Assembly: GCA_963740355.1 (NCBI GenBank)
Contig: CAVUDW010000003.1
Location: forward strand, 448,001 to 512,000
Source: an uncultured Gemmatimonadaceae bacterium
Lineage (GTDB): Bacteria > Gemmatimonadota > Gemmatimonadetes > Gemmatimonadales > Gemmatimonadaceae
Reading direction: 5' to 3'
Length of the DNA: 64,000 nucleotides
The notes beneath the pieces were generated by a model. That model did no database searches, was not told the DNA's origin, and saw only the letters and a program-made list of their open reading frames with translations. Shown here piece by piece: positions 38,031 through 49,189 of this stretch (position 1 is the first letter of the stretch; every line of letters starts with the position of its first letter). A program made the translations under genes and the position numbers.

Positions 38031-39497
38031 CTAGCCACCGGTGCGAGCTCCGAGGCGTGCAGCGCTGCGGCCGAGAAGGCGCGATTCCGCCGAGCACACA
38101 ACGAGCCGATGTGCGCCTCGAGTCATCGCCACATAGAGATGCGCCGCATCCATGCGCGATGCGTCAAGGACAACCGCGATGTCCGCCTCCAGCCCCTTCA
38201 TCAACAGCGTGCTGCCAACGGCACGCCGCGCCACGCGGCGATGACCCGCGCGAATGTCGTCACGGATTGTGCGGGCGGCACTGCCGAATCGCAGCGACTG
38301 CGTCTGACTGCATGCGCGCAGCATTGCGAAGCACGCGCGCAGCACCGCCGGCCGGAACACATGCACACCATCCTGCCGATTGAGTGCCTCCAGCAGATCA
38401 GCAACGTGCTTTGCTGACGGGCTCACCTGCAGTTGCAGAGCCGCCCGCTCGGCGTCACTCGCGGCGATCCGAGCAGTCCCGCGCTCGAGAGAAGCCACCC
38501 GCGGCATGAGCTCCGCGGGCCTGACCGTTGTCATGATATCCGCCGCGAACTGAACAACACGGGTCAGGACAGCAAGACCGTCGGCATCAGCATCGAGACC
38601 GTCGGCGAACGCAATGAAGTCCTTCAGGTCCACGCTCTCGACCGTGGCCGCGCCACTGAGCTGGCTGGCAAACTGACGCTGCTGGACCGGCTTCGTACTG
38701 TCTGCAAGGATCAGCGCAGTTGCTTTCCTCCCCGGCAGCTGCGTGCGGGCAGCCCGGAGCTGAAGCTGCCTGTCGCGCGTAGCATCGCCGGTCAACTGTA
38801 CCCACTCGACACTCGGTGGCGCCGAGGCAAGGTCCACCGCGTCACCAGCGCGGAGCGGACCGCGGGTGTGGAGGAGCCACTCGCCAAGTTCTTGAGAGTC
38901 CGCGTTGATCCAGCGCCACGGCGTGTTCAGCGTCATCGCCACTGGGAACTGGCCGCAGACGACCGAGTCCCAATCAGGAAGCGTATTGCCGCCGAAGCCG
39001 AAGATGCCCTGAAGCGGATCGCCTAGCACCACCGTCGGCACCGCGTCCGCAGCGTGACAAACCAGACCATGCTGCACGACATTGCAGTCCTGGTACTCGT
39101 CTACGAGCACACGGTCGTAGGTCGACCGCAGGAGGTCCGCGATGTGCCCCTCGCACAGCAGCTGTTCTGCAGCGGCACGAATGTTTGGATAGTCCCGTGC
39201 CGGATTCCGGAGTTCGAGCGTACCGGAGCGAAGCCCGCTGCGCAGGGGGAACGTGGACGCGAGGCGCATCGCCCAGCCGTCTAGTGTGTGCACCCGGTAC
39301 GCTCGCGGACGGACACCCGCGCGCTCGAGGCGGCCGCGGAGCGCCGCGACACCAGCATTCGTGTGTGTCAGCACGAGGATCGGCCGCCTACCAGTGTGCG
39401 CAGCGACCGCATTGGTCAGGAGCTGCGTCTTGCCGCATCCCGCAGGTGCGACGACGGCGCCGCGCGTGACGTCCAGCAACGCCTCAGGCGACGACAT
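38031..39497 (-). CDS. gajB: UvrD-like helicase, Gabija B-like
   Basis: APAGCGKT, LTHTNA, LVDEYQD, LGDPLQGIFGF, KGLEAD, LYVAMTRG; overlaps the OLD nuclease gene. Confidence 0.82.
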   Translation of the reverse strand: MSSPEALLDVTRGAVVAPAGCGKTQLLTNAVAAHTGRRPILVLTHTNAGVAALRGRLERAGVRPRAYRVHTLDGWAMRLASTFPLRSGLRSGTLELRNPARDYPNIRAAAEQLLCEGHIADLLRSTYDRVLVDEYQDCNVVQHGLVCHAADAVPTVVLGDPLQGIFGFGGNTLPDWDSVVCGQFPVAMTLNTPWRWINADSQELGEWLLHTRGPLRAGDAVDLASAPPSVEWVQLTGDATRDRQLQLRAARTQLPGRKATALILADSTKPVQQRQFASQLSGAATVESVDLKDFIAFADGLDADADGLAVLTRVVQFAADIMTTVRPAELMPRVASLERGTARIAASDAERAALQLQVSPSAKHVADLLEALNRQDGVHVFRPAVLRACFAMLRACSQTQSLRFGSAARTIRDDIRAGHRRVARRAVGSTLLMKGLEADIAVVLDASRMDAAHLYVAMTRGAHRLVVCSAESRLLGRSAARLGARTGG

Positions 39498-41199
39498 CGC
39501 GTGCCCAGACGCGGAGCGCATCCAGCGGTACACGAAGGTCGTCGCCTGCCTCCGAAAGTGCGGGGCCGACAACCGTCCGCGCAGCGACCTCCATATCGGA
39601 GACCGTCTTGAACCACGTCCCCTGCTTCGACTTGGCCGCCGCGCCGAGCACCCTACGCGCATCCTCCGTCATCGCGGCGCGGCACGCTGCGATCCCCAGA
39701 ATGTTAGAGCTGCGCGTGCGTACCTGGGCGTCGACGGTCGCCTCTGTGAGATTTTCGACGGCGAGATCGAGCAGTTCACCGACTGCCGATTCTGGCAATG
39801 CGGCGAACAGCGCATCCTCGAGCGCCTGCCCCGTGGCCCATGTGAACACGCGTCCACCGCCCTCGATGAAGGCGCCCTCGCCTGCAGGTGCGGTGCGCAG
39901 ATCACTGTCCCGCAGGATGGCTGTTGCGAAACCGAGTGACTGAAGGGCGGAGGCTTTCGGCACGACCTTGCTGTCGCCGCCACCGTCGATGTAGACGACG
40001 CCAGACGCCGAGAGTGTGTCGCGACCGCGGTCATCCTCGTGCTGGTCGAGCCCACGCAACAGCCCGACCTCGGTCGCACCCTCGCACACAACGATGGCGC
40101 GTGCGAGGAGCGCCTCGGGATATACGCGAACCGTTCCCTGAACAGCGTCCGACGAACCGACGTGACGGCAGATATGCTCACCGCTCACCTCACGGCGGAG
40201 TACGAAGAGTGCATCTCCGGACATTTCACGGATCGCGACCGGTGAGTGGGTCGTCAGGAAAACCTGCGCAGACGGCTCCCGATCTTTCGCACCGAGGGCA
40301 TCAAGTAGCCTACAAAGGCGAAACGGCTCCAGACCATGCTCGACCTCGTCGACGAGCACAATGGACGCGCCGCCGTCCAGCTCACGTTGTAGACCCGCAG
40401 CAAGGAGCCGCAGCGATCCCGTACCGAGTGCCTGCAGCGGGACGCCGTCGCTGGTGTGCAAAGCGATGGTACCGCGACCGAACGCTACGGACTCAGCGTC
40501 TAGCATGGCTCTGAGCCCGCTCCCCACCCTGATGCCAAGGCGCGTCGCCTGAGCCAGAATTGCAACGAGCGCACTCTGGAGCTCCGGCGCATTTTGGTCG
40601 CCAAAAGCGTTGCGAGCTTCGCGAGCCGCGGTGGCAAGCGCCGCGGCCGCGTTCGGGAGGTCGGTCGTCATGCGGCTGAGGAGGGAGCCGTGTCGCCAGG
40701 CAAAGTGGTATCCAGCCCCAGCCCCGATACGCATCGGCGCGAGTTGCGCGCGCTGAGCCCAAGGTAGCCCGCGCTGCTGGTCCAACGCGGCCGCACGATC
40801 CGAGTAGAGCGCCCACGTCGGTTCGAGAGACTGATCGACCGTCAGGACGAGAGTGACGACGGTCTCGTGTCCGACACCAGGCTCGTCAACGACGCGGCTC
40901 TCGGCCACGTCGAAGCCACGCAGATAAATGCCGAATGCATCGATGTCGAGGAGCGCCTCGGGCAGATCACCAACCGTGGCAGCGATCCGGATCGGCTGCG
41001 ACGCATCAAGCCCGTGGAAGTCGGCGTCTGTAAACGTCAACGAGCGTCGCGCACCAAGACAGTAGTCAAGGGCGTCGAGCACCGTCGACTTCCCCATGTC
41101 GCCCGGTCCGACCAAGCCATTGAGACCAGGGCGCGGCACCCACGAAAGACGGCGAATGCAGCGAAAGTTCTCGATTTCCAGCAGCCGAATGCGAGGCAT
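39484..41199 (-). CDS. gajA: OLD-family ATP-dependent nuclease (ABC ATPase plus TOPRIM), Gabija A-like
   Basis: IENFRCI, Walker A GPGDMGKST, Walker B LVDEVEHGL, TTHS, TOPRIM VCEGATE and RDSD. Confidence 0.85.
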   Translation of the reverse strand: MPRIRLLEIENFRCIRRLSWVPRPGLNGLVGPGDMGKSTVLDALDYCLGARRSLTFTDADFHGLDASQPIRIAATVGDLPEALLDIDAFGIYLRGFDVAESRVVDEPGVGHETVVTLVLTVDQSLEPTWALYSDRAAALDQQRGLPWAQRAQLAPMRIGAGAGYHFAWRHGSLLSRMTTDLPNAAAALATAAREARNAFGDQNAPELQSALVAILAQATRLGIRVGSGLRAMLDAESVAFGRGTIALHTSDGVPLQALGTGSLRLLAAGLQRELDGGASIVLVDEVEHGLEPFRLCRLLDALGAKDREPSAQVFLTTHSPVAIREMSGDALFVLRREVSGEHICRHVGSSDAVQGTVRVYPEALLARAIVVCEGATEVGLLRGLDQHEDDRGRDTLSASGVVYIDGGGDSKVVPKASALQSLGFATAILRDSDLRTAPAGEGAFIEGGGRVFTWATGQALEDALFAALPESAVGELLDLAVENLTEATVDAQVRTRSSNILGIAACRAAMTEDARRVLGAAAKSKQGTWFKTVSDMEVAARTVVGPALSEAGDDLRVPLDALRVWARDVVA

Positions 41200-41282
41200 G
41201 AGTGAGTCTTAGGGGTTCTACTGCACGCAGGCGATCATCGGACGAGGAAGGCACGCGGCGCTGAATCAGAGCTTGACGCTCA

Positions 41283-44200
41283 TCACGCCGCCCACCGCTC
41301 CGTCAACAACTCCGCCTGCTCGATAACCGTCTTCACCGCCATCTCCTGCTTGTCCGGCGGGTACCCGTACTTCTTCAAGATCCGCTTGACCATCAACCGC
41401 AACTTCGCCCGCACCGACTCGCGCACCGACCAGTCCACCGTCACGTTGGCCCGGATCGTCTTCGTCAGCTCCTGCGCGATCATCCTGAGCTGCGCGTCCC
41501 CCAACACCGCGACCGCGCTGTCGTTCACCTCCAGCGCCTCGTAGAACGCCACCTCGTCATCCGTCAGGCCCAGCGCATCACCGCGCGCCTGCGCCTCCCG
41601 CATCTGCTTCGCCAGCGCGATCAACTCCTCGATGACCTGCGCTGTCTCGATGGCCCGGTTCCGGTAGGCGCCGACCGACCGTTCGAGCATCTCGGCGAAC
41701 GACCGTGACTGCACGAGGTTGCGCCGCGACCGCGTTTTGAGCTCATCCTGCAGCAGCTTGCGCAACAGTTCGACGGCGAGGCTCCGCTGCGGCATGTCGC
41801 GCACGTCGGCCAGAAACTCGTCCGACAGGATGGACAGGTCGGGCTTCTGCAGCCCGGCGGCCGCGAACACGTCCACGACCCCCTCGATGGCCACGGCGCG
41901 GCTCACGAGCTGGCGGATGGCATGCTCCATCTCGGCCTCGCTCCGGCCCGGCCCGACCGTGCTCTTGGCCAGTGCTGCCTTGACGGCCTGGAAAAAGCCG
42001 ACGTCGTCCCGCACACGCAGTGCGTCGGGGTGCGGCACGCTCAGCGCGAACGCCTTCGACAGTTCCGCGACCACCTGGTAGAACCGCTGCTGCCCGTCCT
42101 GCTGCGCCAGCACGTGCTCCTGTGCGGTCGGGAGAAGCGCCAGCCGCTGCGACGCGGTGCCGGCGGCCCAGGCGCCCCAGTCGAAGCCGTGGAACAGCGA
42201 GCAGCAGACCTCGTGCTTCTCCAGCAGCACTGCGACGGCTTCGTTCTGGTCGATTGTCGCCCGCCCCTTCCCGCCCCCCTGCGTGTAGTCGGCGAGGGCG
42301 CGCTTGAGCTGGTCGGCGAGGCCGAGGTAGTCGACCACCAGCCCACCCGGCTTGTCCTTGAAGACGCGGTTCACGCGCGCGATGGCCTGCATCAGCCCAT
42401 GCCCGTGCATCGGCTTGTCCAGGTACATCGTGTGCAGGCAAGGCGCGTCGAACCCGGTCAGCCACATGTCGCGCACGATCACGATCCGCAACGGGTCTGC
42501 AGGATCCTTGAGACGCTCGGCCAGCTTCTCGCGCCGCGCCTTGTTGCGGATGTGCGGCTGCCAGTCGAGCGGATCGCTGGCCGAGCCGGTCATGACGACC
42601 TTCACGACGCCGTGCTCGTCGCCGTCGGCATGCCAGTCAGGCCGCAGGGCGATGATCTCGCGAGAGAGCGCGAGGCAGATCCGGCGGCTCATGCAGACGA
42701 CCATCGCCTTACCGTCCATGGCTTCCAGCCGCCGCTCGTAGTGGGCCACCAGGTCCGCCGCGATCTGTTTCAGCCGTGGCTCTGCGCCGACCAGCGCCTC
42801 GAGCGCCGCCCACTTGGTCTTCAGGCGTTCCTTGCGCTCGACTTCCTCGCCTTCGGTGGCCTCGTCGAAGGCCTCGTCGAGCGTGGGCTTCGCCTCATCA
42901 CGCAACACCAGCTGGGCCAGCCGGCTCTCGTAGTAGATCGGGACCGTGGCGCCGTCCGCCACTGCCTGCTGGATGTCGTAGACCGAGATGTAGTCGCCGA
43001 AGACGGCCGTGGTGCTCCGGTCATCTGCTTCGATGGGCGTTCCGGTGAAGCCGATGAAGCTGGCGTTTGGGAGCGCATCGCGGAGGTGGCGCGCGAAGCC
43101 GTCGATGAAGTCGTACTGACTTCGGTGTGCCTCGTCGGCGATCACCACCACGTTCCGGCGGTTGGTCAGCACCGGGTACGTCTCGCCCTGCGCAGCGGGG
43201 GCGAACTTCTGCACGGTGGTGAAGATCACGCCACCGGACGCCCGCTGCAGCAGCGTGCGCAGTTCATCGCGCGAGCCGGCCTGCTCCGGCTCCTGGCGCA
43301 GCAGCTCCCGACACCCGGCGAAGGTGCCGAACAACTGATCGTCCAGATCGTTCCGGTCCGTCAGAATGACGAGGGTTGGGTTCTCCATCGCCGGTTCGGT
43401 CACGAGGCGCCCGGAGTAAAAGGCCATCGTGAGCGATTTCCCCGATCCCTGCGTGTGCCACACCACGCCGACACGCCGATCACCCGTTGGCCGCGCCGCG
43501 GCGACGGTGGCGCCCACCGCCGTCTCAACGGCGTGGAACTGGTGGTAGGCGGCCAGCTTCTTGGCGGGCTCGCCGTGGGCCCCCTCCTCGAACACGATGA
43601 AATGCCGTAGGAACGTCAGCAGCCGCCTGCGGTCGAAGAGCCCGCGGAGCAGCACCTCGAGCTCCGGCAGGGTGCTCGGCGCCAACGTCGCGCCGTCCAC
43701 GGTGCGCCATGGCATGAAGCGCTCGAAGTCCGCCGTGAGCGACCCGACACGTGCCTTCAGACCGTCTGACGCGACCAGCAACGCGTTGTGGTGGAAGAGC
43801 GACGGCAGCTGGGACTTGTAGGTCTGCAGCTGCTGGTAGGCGCCGACCACGGTCGCCTTCTCGTCGGCCGGGTTCTTCAGCTCGACGATGGCGATGGGGA
43901 GACCGTTGAGGTACACAATCACGTCGGGTCGACGCTTGTGACCGCTCTCGACGACCGTGACCTGGTTCACCGCAAGCCAGTCATTCGCCTCTGGGTTCGT
44001 GAAGTCCGCGACGCGCACGAGTGCCCCGCGGATGGAGCCATCGGGACGCACGGTCTCCACCGGCACGCCGTGCACCAGGAGATGGTGCAGCGCGTGATTC
44101 GCGTCAACGAGAACGATGGCGTCGGAGCGCGTGAGCCGGCGATGCGCTTCGGTGAGCGCTGCCGCAGGCAGACCGGGGTTGAGCCGGGCGAGTGCTGCTC

Positions 44201-44369
44201 GGAGGCGGTCGATGAGCACCACGTCACCGTACGATGCGCGCTCGGGTGCCGAGCCGTCCGGGGCGAGGTCGGGGCCATGCGCGATGGCGTAGCCGAGGTC
44301 CGCGAGCAGGTCGAGAGCGACGACCTCGACTTCCGACTCGGTGAAGAACGACGGGGAGGCGGGGGTCAT
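41283..44369 (-). CDS. hsdR: Type I restriction endonuclease subunit R
   Basis: [56 protein letters not shown] overlap with hsdS. Confidence 0.96.
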   Translation of the reverse strand: MTPASPSFFTESEVEVVALDLLADLGYAIAHGPDLAPDGSAPERASYGDVVLIDRLRAALARLNPGLPAAALTEAHRRLTRSDAIVLVDANHALHHLLVHGVPVETVRPDGSIRGALVRVADFTNPEANDWLAVNQVTVVESGHKRRPDVIVYLNGLPIAIVELKNPADEKATVVGAYQQLQTYKSQLPSLFHHNALLVASDGLKARVGSLTADFERFMPWRTVDGATLAPSTLPELEVLLRGLFDRRRLLTFLRHFIVFEEGAHGEPAKKLAAYHQFHAVETAVGATVAAARPTGDRRVGVVWHTQGSGKSLTMAFYSGRLVTEPAMENPTLVILTDRNDLDDQLFGTFAGCRELLRQEPEQAGSRDELRTLLQRASGGVIFTTVQKFAPAAQGETYPVLTNRRNVVVIADEAHRSQYDFIDGFARHLRDALPNASFIGFTGTPIEADDRSTTAVFGDYISVYDIQQAVADGATVPIYYESRLAQLVLRDEAKPTLDEAFDEATEGEEVERKERLKTKWAALEALVGAEPRLKQIAADLVAHYERRLEAMDGKAMVVCMSRRICLALSREIIALRPDWHADGDEHGVVKVVMTGSASDPLDWQPHIRNKARREKLAERLKDPADPLRIVIVRDMWLTGFDAPCLHTMYLDKPMHGHGLMQAIARVNRVFKDKPGGLVVDYLGLADQLKRALADYTQGGGKGRATIDQNEAVAVLLEKHEVCCSLFHGFDWGAWAAGTASQRLALLPTAQEHVLAQQDGQQRFYQVVAELSKAFALSVPHPDALRVRDDVGFFQAVKAALAKSTVGPGRSEAEMEHAIRQLVSRAVAIEGVVDVFAAAGLQKPDLSILSDEFLADVRDMPQRSLAVELLRKLLQDELKTRSRRNLVQSRSFAEMLERSVGAYRNRAIETAQVIEELIALAKQMREAQARGDALGLTDDEVAFYEALEVNDSAVAVLGDAQLRMIAQELTKTIRANVTVDWSVRESVRAKLRLMVKRILKKYGYPPDKQEMAVKTVIEQAELLTERWAA

Positions 44370-45595
44370 GGAGTTTGCGCGAGCTCGCGTTCTTCGTAGC
44401 GGACGCGAAGGTCGCCTGAGAGGAGGCACGGCAGCAAAGTGTCGCGCAGCTCGGCAAGGGTCCGGTTCTCGTCCCGTGCCTGCTGGATGCGCTCAAGAAG
44501 TGGTGCTCCAACGGCGTCGAACTGGGCCAGCGCCAGTCGTGAAGGAAGACTGACGTGAATGGCGAGTACATCATCCGGGCGCACTCGCTGATGGCTGTTG
44601 GAGGTACCCGTGACCGTCGAGCACAGAGCAGTCCGAAACGGAGTGCTTGTGAGTAGTCCGTACAGATAGGCACGCGTCGCGCAGCTCTGCGGGACGAACA
44701 CCAAGAACTCGGTGGAGCAAACTGCCGCGTCAGCATCGTTGACGTTCGGCACCCACACGCGCTCCGTGCTCGGATTCAGCTTGGAGAGGAGCACACTTCC
44801 GGCAGGAACCACGAACTTGTTGCTGAGAATGGCTGCACCGGTCTCGCGCACGGGCTGCAGTTCAGCATCGAAAGCCGGGATGCTGAAGTGCGAAAACATG
44901 CGATCAGGTTCGCGACCAGGAGAGACTCCGTCACGAACTAGTTGCGCGATGTCACCAAGACAACGTGGAGGTCTTGGGCTGTCGTGCTCCAATTCCATTC
45001 GCGCGAACAGCATGCGAAGCATACAGTCGAGCGTGTCTATCGTGCGCCAGTTCAGTTCGATCTTGTCGTCGAGCGCACCAAGGACCTCCGCTATTCGGCG
45101 CTGTTCAGCGAGCGCCGGCAGCACTAGTGGCAGTCGACTGATCACGTCCGTGTTCAAATTCGGCATCACAGCGCCAACTGCATGTGCCTTGAGCCAGTCG
45201 ATGGCACTTCGATCCGCAAGCGCGAACGAAACGAAAGACGGATCCACTCGCTGACGATCAACACGAAGAAGGATCGCACCTGTGCCACACAGCCATCCCG
45301 CGTGACGGCTTTGCACCAACGCTGACAGCCCTGTGGCCTGCACGCCTCGTCGCGCGAACAAAATGTCTCCGTCGCGGACAACGTGGCGAGCGAGCCGCTC
45401 CACTGTTGCCGGCGAGACTTGCGGCAGGCCTTGCTCCATCAGCGTGCGCCTGCCTATGGCCTCGGTCGGTATGACTGGGGTGCCGGAGGCGACATAGTCG
45501 TGCGCATGCAGCTGTGAGCCGAACGGCCCCGTCTGCAACGACGCTGCGCCCGATGCGATCATGTCGCCGATGGTAGTTTCGCGCCAATCGCTCAT
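44366..45595 (-). CDS. hsdS: Type I R-M specificity subunit
   Basis: Two TRDs with conserved spacers [24 protein letters not shown] and [15 protein letters not shown]. Confidence 0.93.
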   Translation of the reverse strand: MSDWRETTIGDMIASGAASLQTGPFGSQLHAHDYVASGTPVIPTEAIGRRTLMEQGLPQVSPATVERLARHVVRDGDILFARRGVQATGLSALVQSRHAGWLCGTGAILLRVDRQRVDPSFVSFALADRSAIDWLKAHAVGAVMPNLNTDVISRLPLVLPALAEQRRIAEVLGALDDKIELNWRTIDTLDCMLRMLFARMELEHDSPRPPRCLGDIAQLVRDGVSPGREPDRMFSHFSIPAFDAELQPVRETGAAILSNKFVVPAGSVLLSKLNPSTERVWVPNVNDADAAVCSTEFLVFVPQSCATRAYLYGLLTSTPFRTALCSTVTGTSNSHQRVRPDDVLAIHVSLPSRLALAQFDAVGAPLLERIQQARDENRTLAELRDTLLPCLLSGDLRVRYEERELAQTP

Positions 45596-47205
45596 GCGCT
45601 CTCGTCCATCGACGTCGCACGCGCCGATGACGGTCGTATGGGCAGCGAAAAACCGACCGACGCCAGCCCATGGCGCAACCGGTCATTCAATGCCGCCGCC
45701 AGCTCAAGCTGTGTGGCGAGCCGGTAGGTGAGTTCGGCCATGCGGGTCTCGGTTGACTCAGGGTCTTCGTCCATCACCGACGTACCGACGAACCGGCCTG
45801 GCGAGAGGGCATACCCATGCTTCCGCACTTCTTCGAGCGTAACCGCCCGACAGAAGCCCGCCGTGTCCGAGTACATCGCCGCGCCCGTGTCACCGCGCCA
45901 TGCATGGTACGCCCCGGCCACCAACGCTACGTCTTCCGCGGTCAACTCTCGGTGGACCCGTGACGCCATGCGCCCGAGCTGCCGAGCGTCGATGAAGAGC
46001 GTCTCAGTGCGCCGATCCCGAAATCGTGGGTCACGCTTGTCGCGCGCCAGGAACCAGAGACAGACTGGGATCGGCGTCGAGTAGAAGAGCTGACCCGGCA
46101 GCGCCACGATGCAGTCCACTAGGTCTCCCTCGACGAGCGCCTTTCGGATCTCTCCCTCCCCGCCCTGCTGCGTGCTCATGCTACCGTTGGCGAGCACGAA
46201 TCCAGCGACGCCGCGCGGCGCGAGGTGATGCACGAAATGCTGCACCCAAGCAAAGTTCGCGTTCCCGGCTGGCGGCACGCCGTACTCCCACCGCACGTCC
46301 TTTTGGAGGAGCGGCTGCCCCCAGTCCGAGATGTTGAACGGTGGGTTCGCGATGACGTAGTCCGCGCGCAGGTCACGGTGCAGGTCCTCGTGCAGCGTGT
46401 CCGCGGGCTTCAGCCCAAGGTTGGAGTCGATCCCGCGAATGGCGAGGTTCATCTGCGCCAGCCGCCACGTCGTCGAGTTCAGTTCCTGCCCATAGACGCT
46501 GATCGCGCCCACACGCCCACCGTGCGCCTGCACGAACTTCTCGCTCTGCACGAACATTCCGCCCGACCCGCAACACGGGTCGTAGATGCGCCCCTCGTAC
46601 GGGGCAAGCATCTCCACCAGCAGCTGCACCACGGAACGCGGCGTGTAGAACTCGCCGCCGTTCTTGCCCTCGGCACTGGCGAACTGCCCCAGGAAATACT
46701 CGTACACGCGCCCCAGCAGGTCCTTGGCGCGGCTCTCGGCGTCGCCCACCCCCACACCCGAGATCAGGTCCACCAGCTCGCCCAGACGGCGCTTGTCGAG
46801 CGACGGGCGGGCGTACTCCTTCGGCAGCACGCCCTTGAGCCGCGGGTTGACCAGCTCAACGGCGTGCATGGCGTCGTCAAGCAGCGTCCCGATCTCCGCC
46901 GTCTTGGCCTTCGCCTGAAGCGCCGACCACCGCGCCGCGACCGGCACCCAGAACACGTTGTCTGCGGCGTACTCGTCGCGGTCCTCGGGGTCCGCGCCGT
47001 TCGCCGCGTCGGCCAGCAGCGCGTCGTACTTCTCCGCGAAGGCATCGGAGATGTACTTCAGGAAGATCAGGCCGAGGACGACGTGCTTGTACTCGGCAGC
47101 GTCGAGGTTGCCGCGGAGCTTGTCGGCGGCGGCCCAGAGGGTGGCCTCGAGGCCGAGGGGGGCGGCGGCGCTCCCATTCTTGCGACTGCTGGTACGTGGC
47201 GGCAC
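45592..47205 (-). CDS. hsdM: Type I R-M N6-adenine methyltransferase subunit M
   Basis: [31 protein letters not shown]. Likely start GTG 47205. Confidence 0.96.
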   Translation of the reverse strand: MPPRTSSRKNGSAAAPLGLEATLWAAADKLRGNLDAAEYKHVVLGLIFLKYISDAFAEKYDALLADAANGADPEDRDEYAADNVFWVPVAARWSALQAKAKTAEIGTLLDDAMHAVELVNPRLKGVLPKEYARPSLDKRRLGELVDLISGVGVGDAESRAKDLLGRVYEYFLGQFASAEGKNGGEFYTPRSVVQLLVEMLAPYEGRIYDPCCGSGGMFVQSEKFVQAHGGRVGAISVYGQELNSTTWRLAQMNLAIRGIDSNLGLKPADTLHEDLHRDLRADYVIANPPFNISDWGQPLLQKDVRWEYGVPPAGNANFAWVQHFVHHLAPRGVAGFVLANGSMSTQQGGEGEIRKALVEGDLVDCIVALPGQLFYSTPIPVCLWFLARDKRDPRFRDRRTETLFIDARQLGRMASRVHRELTAEDVALVAGAYHAWRGDTGAAMYSDTAGFCRAVTLEEVRKHGYALSPGRFVGTSVMDEDPESTETRMAELTYRLATQLELAAALNDRLRHGLASVGFSLPIRPSSARATSMDESA

Positions 47206-47418
47206 AGGCGTGGCTGATGGGGACGGTTGCGGCGAGGACGACCGTGTGAAGGTATCCGGCGGCGGCGCGCCCCACAGCCTCGTCGCGGGCGCTTTCGGAT
47301 GTAAATGCGCCCTGTCGGAAATCGTACATTGGCGGTCGCCGGCCATGTCGATAGGAGGGATCCCGCCGGGCAATCGCGTTCGGCGATCCTCCCAGACGGA
47401 ATCCTCGCAGCGGAGCGA

Positions 47419-47591
47419 TACCGGTACAGCCGACCGCCGCAGAGGGGTATGACGCCGCGTTCGTCTCCGAACCGGTACGGACTGCAATTGAGCCGTGAAA
47501 GAACGCGTACCGGTATGACGGACGTCCCGAATTCCGGTACGCGGGTGGCTGTACCGGTACATCGTGACGTCGGCTGCAAGCGTACCGGAAC
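47419..47591. repeat. Cluster of six GTACCGGTAC-like palindromes
   Basis: CCGG cores at 47421, 47472, 47510, 47534, 47554 and 47585; perfect TGTACCGGTACA at 47550-47561. Confidence 0.8.
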
Positions 47592-47830
47592 GACGCGGCA
47601 GCGGGAGCGGCTGTGCTCGCTATCGGGGAGCCTGTATTGTCGCGCTCGGTTGAAGGACGGCTGCACGTCGCCCGGACACTCGGCCGCCCACCTCCATGCG
47701 CAGTGAGCCAAGCATAAGAGGGGCGCACCGACCCATGGGACCAGCCCGCCGGAAGGACCGCGCCAGCCTGCCCCCCACCACCGACTCCTAGGCTCTCCGC
47801 ACGAGGTGCCCCCTACCGGAGAGTCGCACG

Positions 47831-48469
47831 ATGAGTCGTCCCCCCAATATCCCGACCACAGTCTTGCTCGCCACGGCGCGCTGGCTCAAGTGCGTCGCCA
47901 AGCTCTCGGTCCGTGCCCTGCGCCTCTGCCACAATCGCACCGCGACTGACCGGATCGCCGCCGTCTGCCGCTTCGTGAAGGACGAGGCCCGGCAACGCGT
48001 GCAGGATGCCGTCGCACACGGCGTCATCGCTGAACGACCCGCGCGCTCTGCGGCGCGTCGGCCCGCACGCCCTCGGCCCACAGCGCAGGCACCCGCGCAG
48101 CGCGCGCGATCCCCGAGACACACGATGCGCGCGCAGCGCCCAGCACCCGCCCCCCGCAACGCCGGCGCTCCGCATCGCGCGGTGCCGTCACCCTCCGGAC
48201 CACGCGACGCGGTGATTGCCGCGCTCAGCGCCCAGGCGAAGGTCGCACATGAAGAGCGGCTCAAGCAGATCGCGGAAGAGCAACGCCGGCTGCGCGAACG
48301 GATCGATGGCATGCAGCGTCAGATCGCTGCGTCGACGCCCTCGCCGATCATGCAACCTGTACCCACGGCGCCGATGGTGACGACGAGGGCCGTACTGCCT
48401 GCGCTAGTTCGGCGGGGCATCGCCCATGCGCGGTCAGTCCTGCGATTCATCTGGGGGACACGCCCCTGA
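47831..48469 (+). CDS. Hypothetical protein with a basic linker and C-terminal coiled coil
   Basis: GGAG RBS before the ATG; helical segment AHEERLKQIAEEQRRLRERIDGMQRQ. Confidence 0.5.
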   Translation: MSRPPNIPTTVLLATARWLKCVAKLSVRALRLCHNRTATDRIAAVCRFVKDEARQRVQDAVAHGVIAERPARSAARRPARPRPTAQAPAQRARSPRHTMRAQRPAPAPRNAGAPHRAVPSPSGPRDAVIAALSAQAKVAHEERLKQIAEEQRRLRERIDGMQRQIAASTPSPIMQPVPTAPMVTTRAVLPALVRRGIAHARSVLRFIWGTRP

Positions 48470-48575
48470 CAGCAGTGGACGCCACCGCACGGGACGCGCG
48501 ACGACGCAGTACACCGGGTACGAACGGACCCGTGCGCATCAATGCAACCGTCGCCGGCGTCGGCACTAGCGACGG

Positions 48576-49062
48576 ATTTTTCCGGCTTCGGCGGAACGGG
48601 TGGCACCGTGCCGCCGGTAGGATTCTGATCCCGTGCGGCTTGGTGGCGGCGCTCTCCGGGCTGTGGATGGCACGGTCCAGTCCATGGCCTGCTGGCGACG
48701 GCCAGATCCTGTATGTCGAACGTCTTGTCTTCGGCTCGGCGATGGTGCTGTCGATTGCGCTGAGCGTGGTAGCGGTCAGGCGCATCAACTTTCGGGCGCA
48801 CGGCCGATGGATGTTGCGCGCGTACGCCATCGGACTTGGGTCAGGCACGCAGGTCCTCACGCATCTGCCGTGGTTCCTGATCATGGGCGACACGCCAAGC
48901 GAAACCCCGCGCGCCGTGTTGATGGGCGCCGGCTGGGTGATCAATGTTGTCGTCGCAGAGTGGATCATTCGCCGCGAAGTCGCACGTCCAGTGGCCGTAG
49001 CAGGACCCGAGCGCTGGGATGGTGAGCACTGCCCAAAGGTCGTGCGAGGTGCGGTTCACTGA
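48576..49062 (+). pseudogene. 5'-truncated DUF2306-type membrane protein
   Basis: WHRAAGR...SGLWM...AHGRWMLRAYAIGLGSGTQ; the expected N-terminal helices are replaced by unrelated sequence. Confidence 0.6.
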
Positions 49063-49189
49063 CGCGTGTCGCGTGATCTGAGTCGCACGCACTGCGCACG
49101 CCATGTGCACACTCGGATCGCCCGAACGTCCTGCCAGCCGAGAGTCAGCGCAACCGGAAGGTCGGCGAAAACGGGTGCAAGCCAGCAGC

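Noticed and set aside
35540..41282. Integron cassette array (short gaps between defence genes)
   Set aside because: The gaps lack RYYYAAC...GTTRRRY attC ends and do not resemble each other; no IntI is present.
47206..47562. 119-aa N-terminal extension of HsdM
   Set aside because: Homology-like sequence starts only after GTG 47205, and the extension runs through the palindrome cluster.
47419..47591. CRISPR array
   Set aside because: Repeats are only about 10 bp, spacing is irregular and no cas genes are present.
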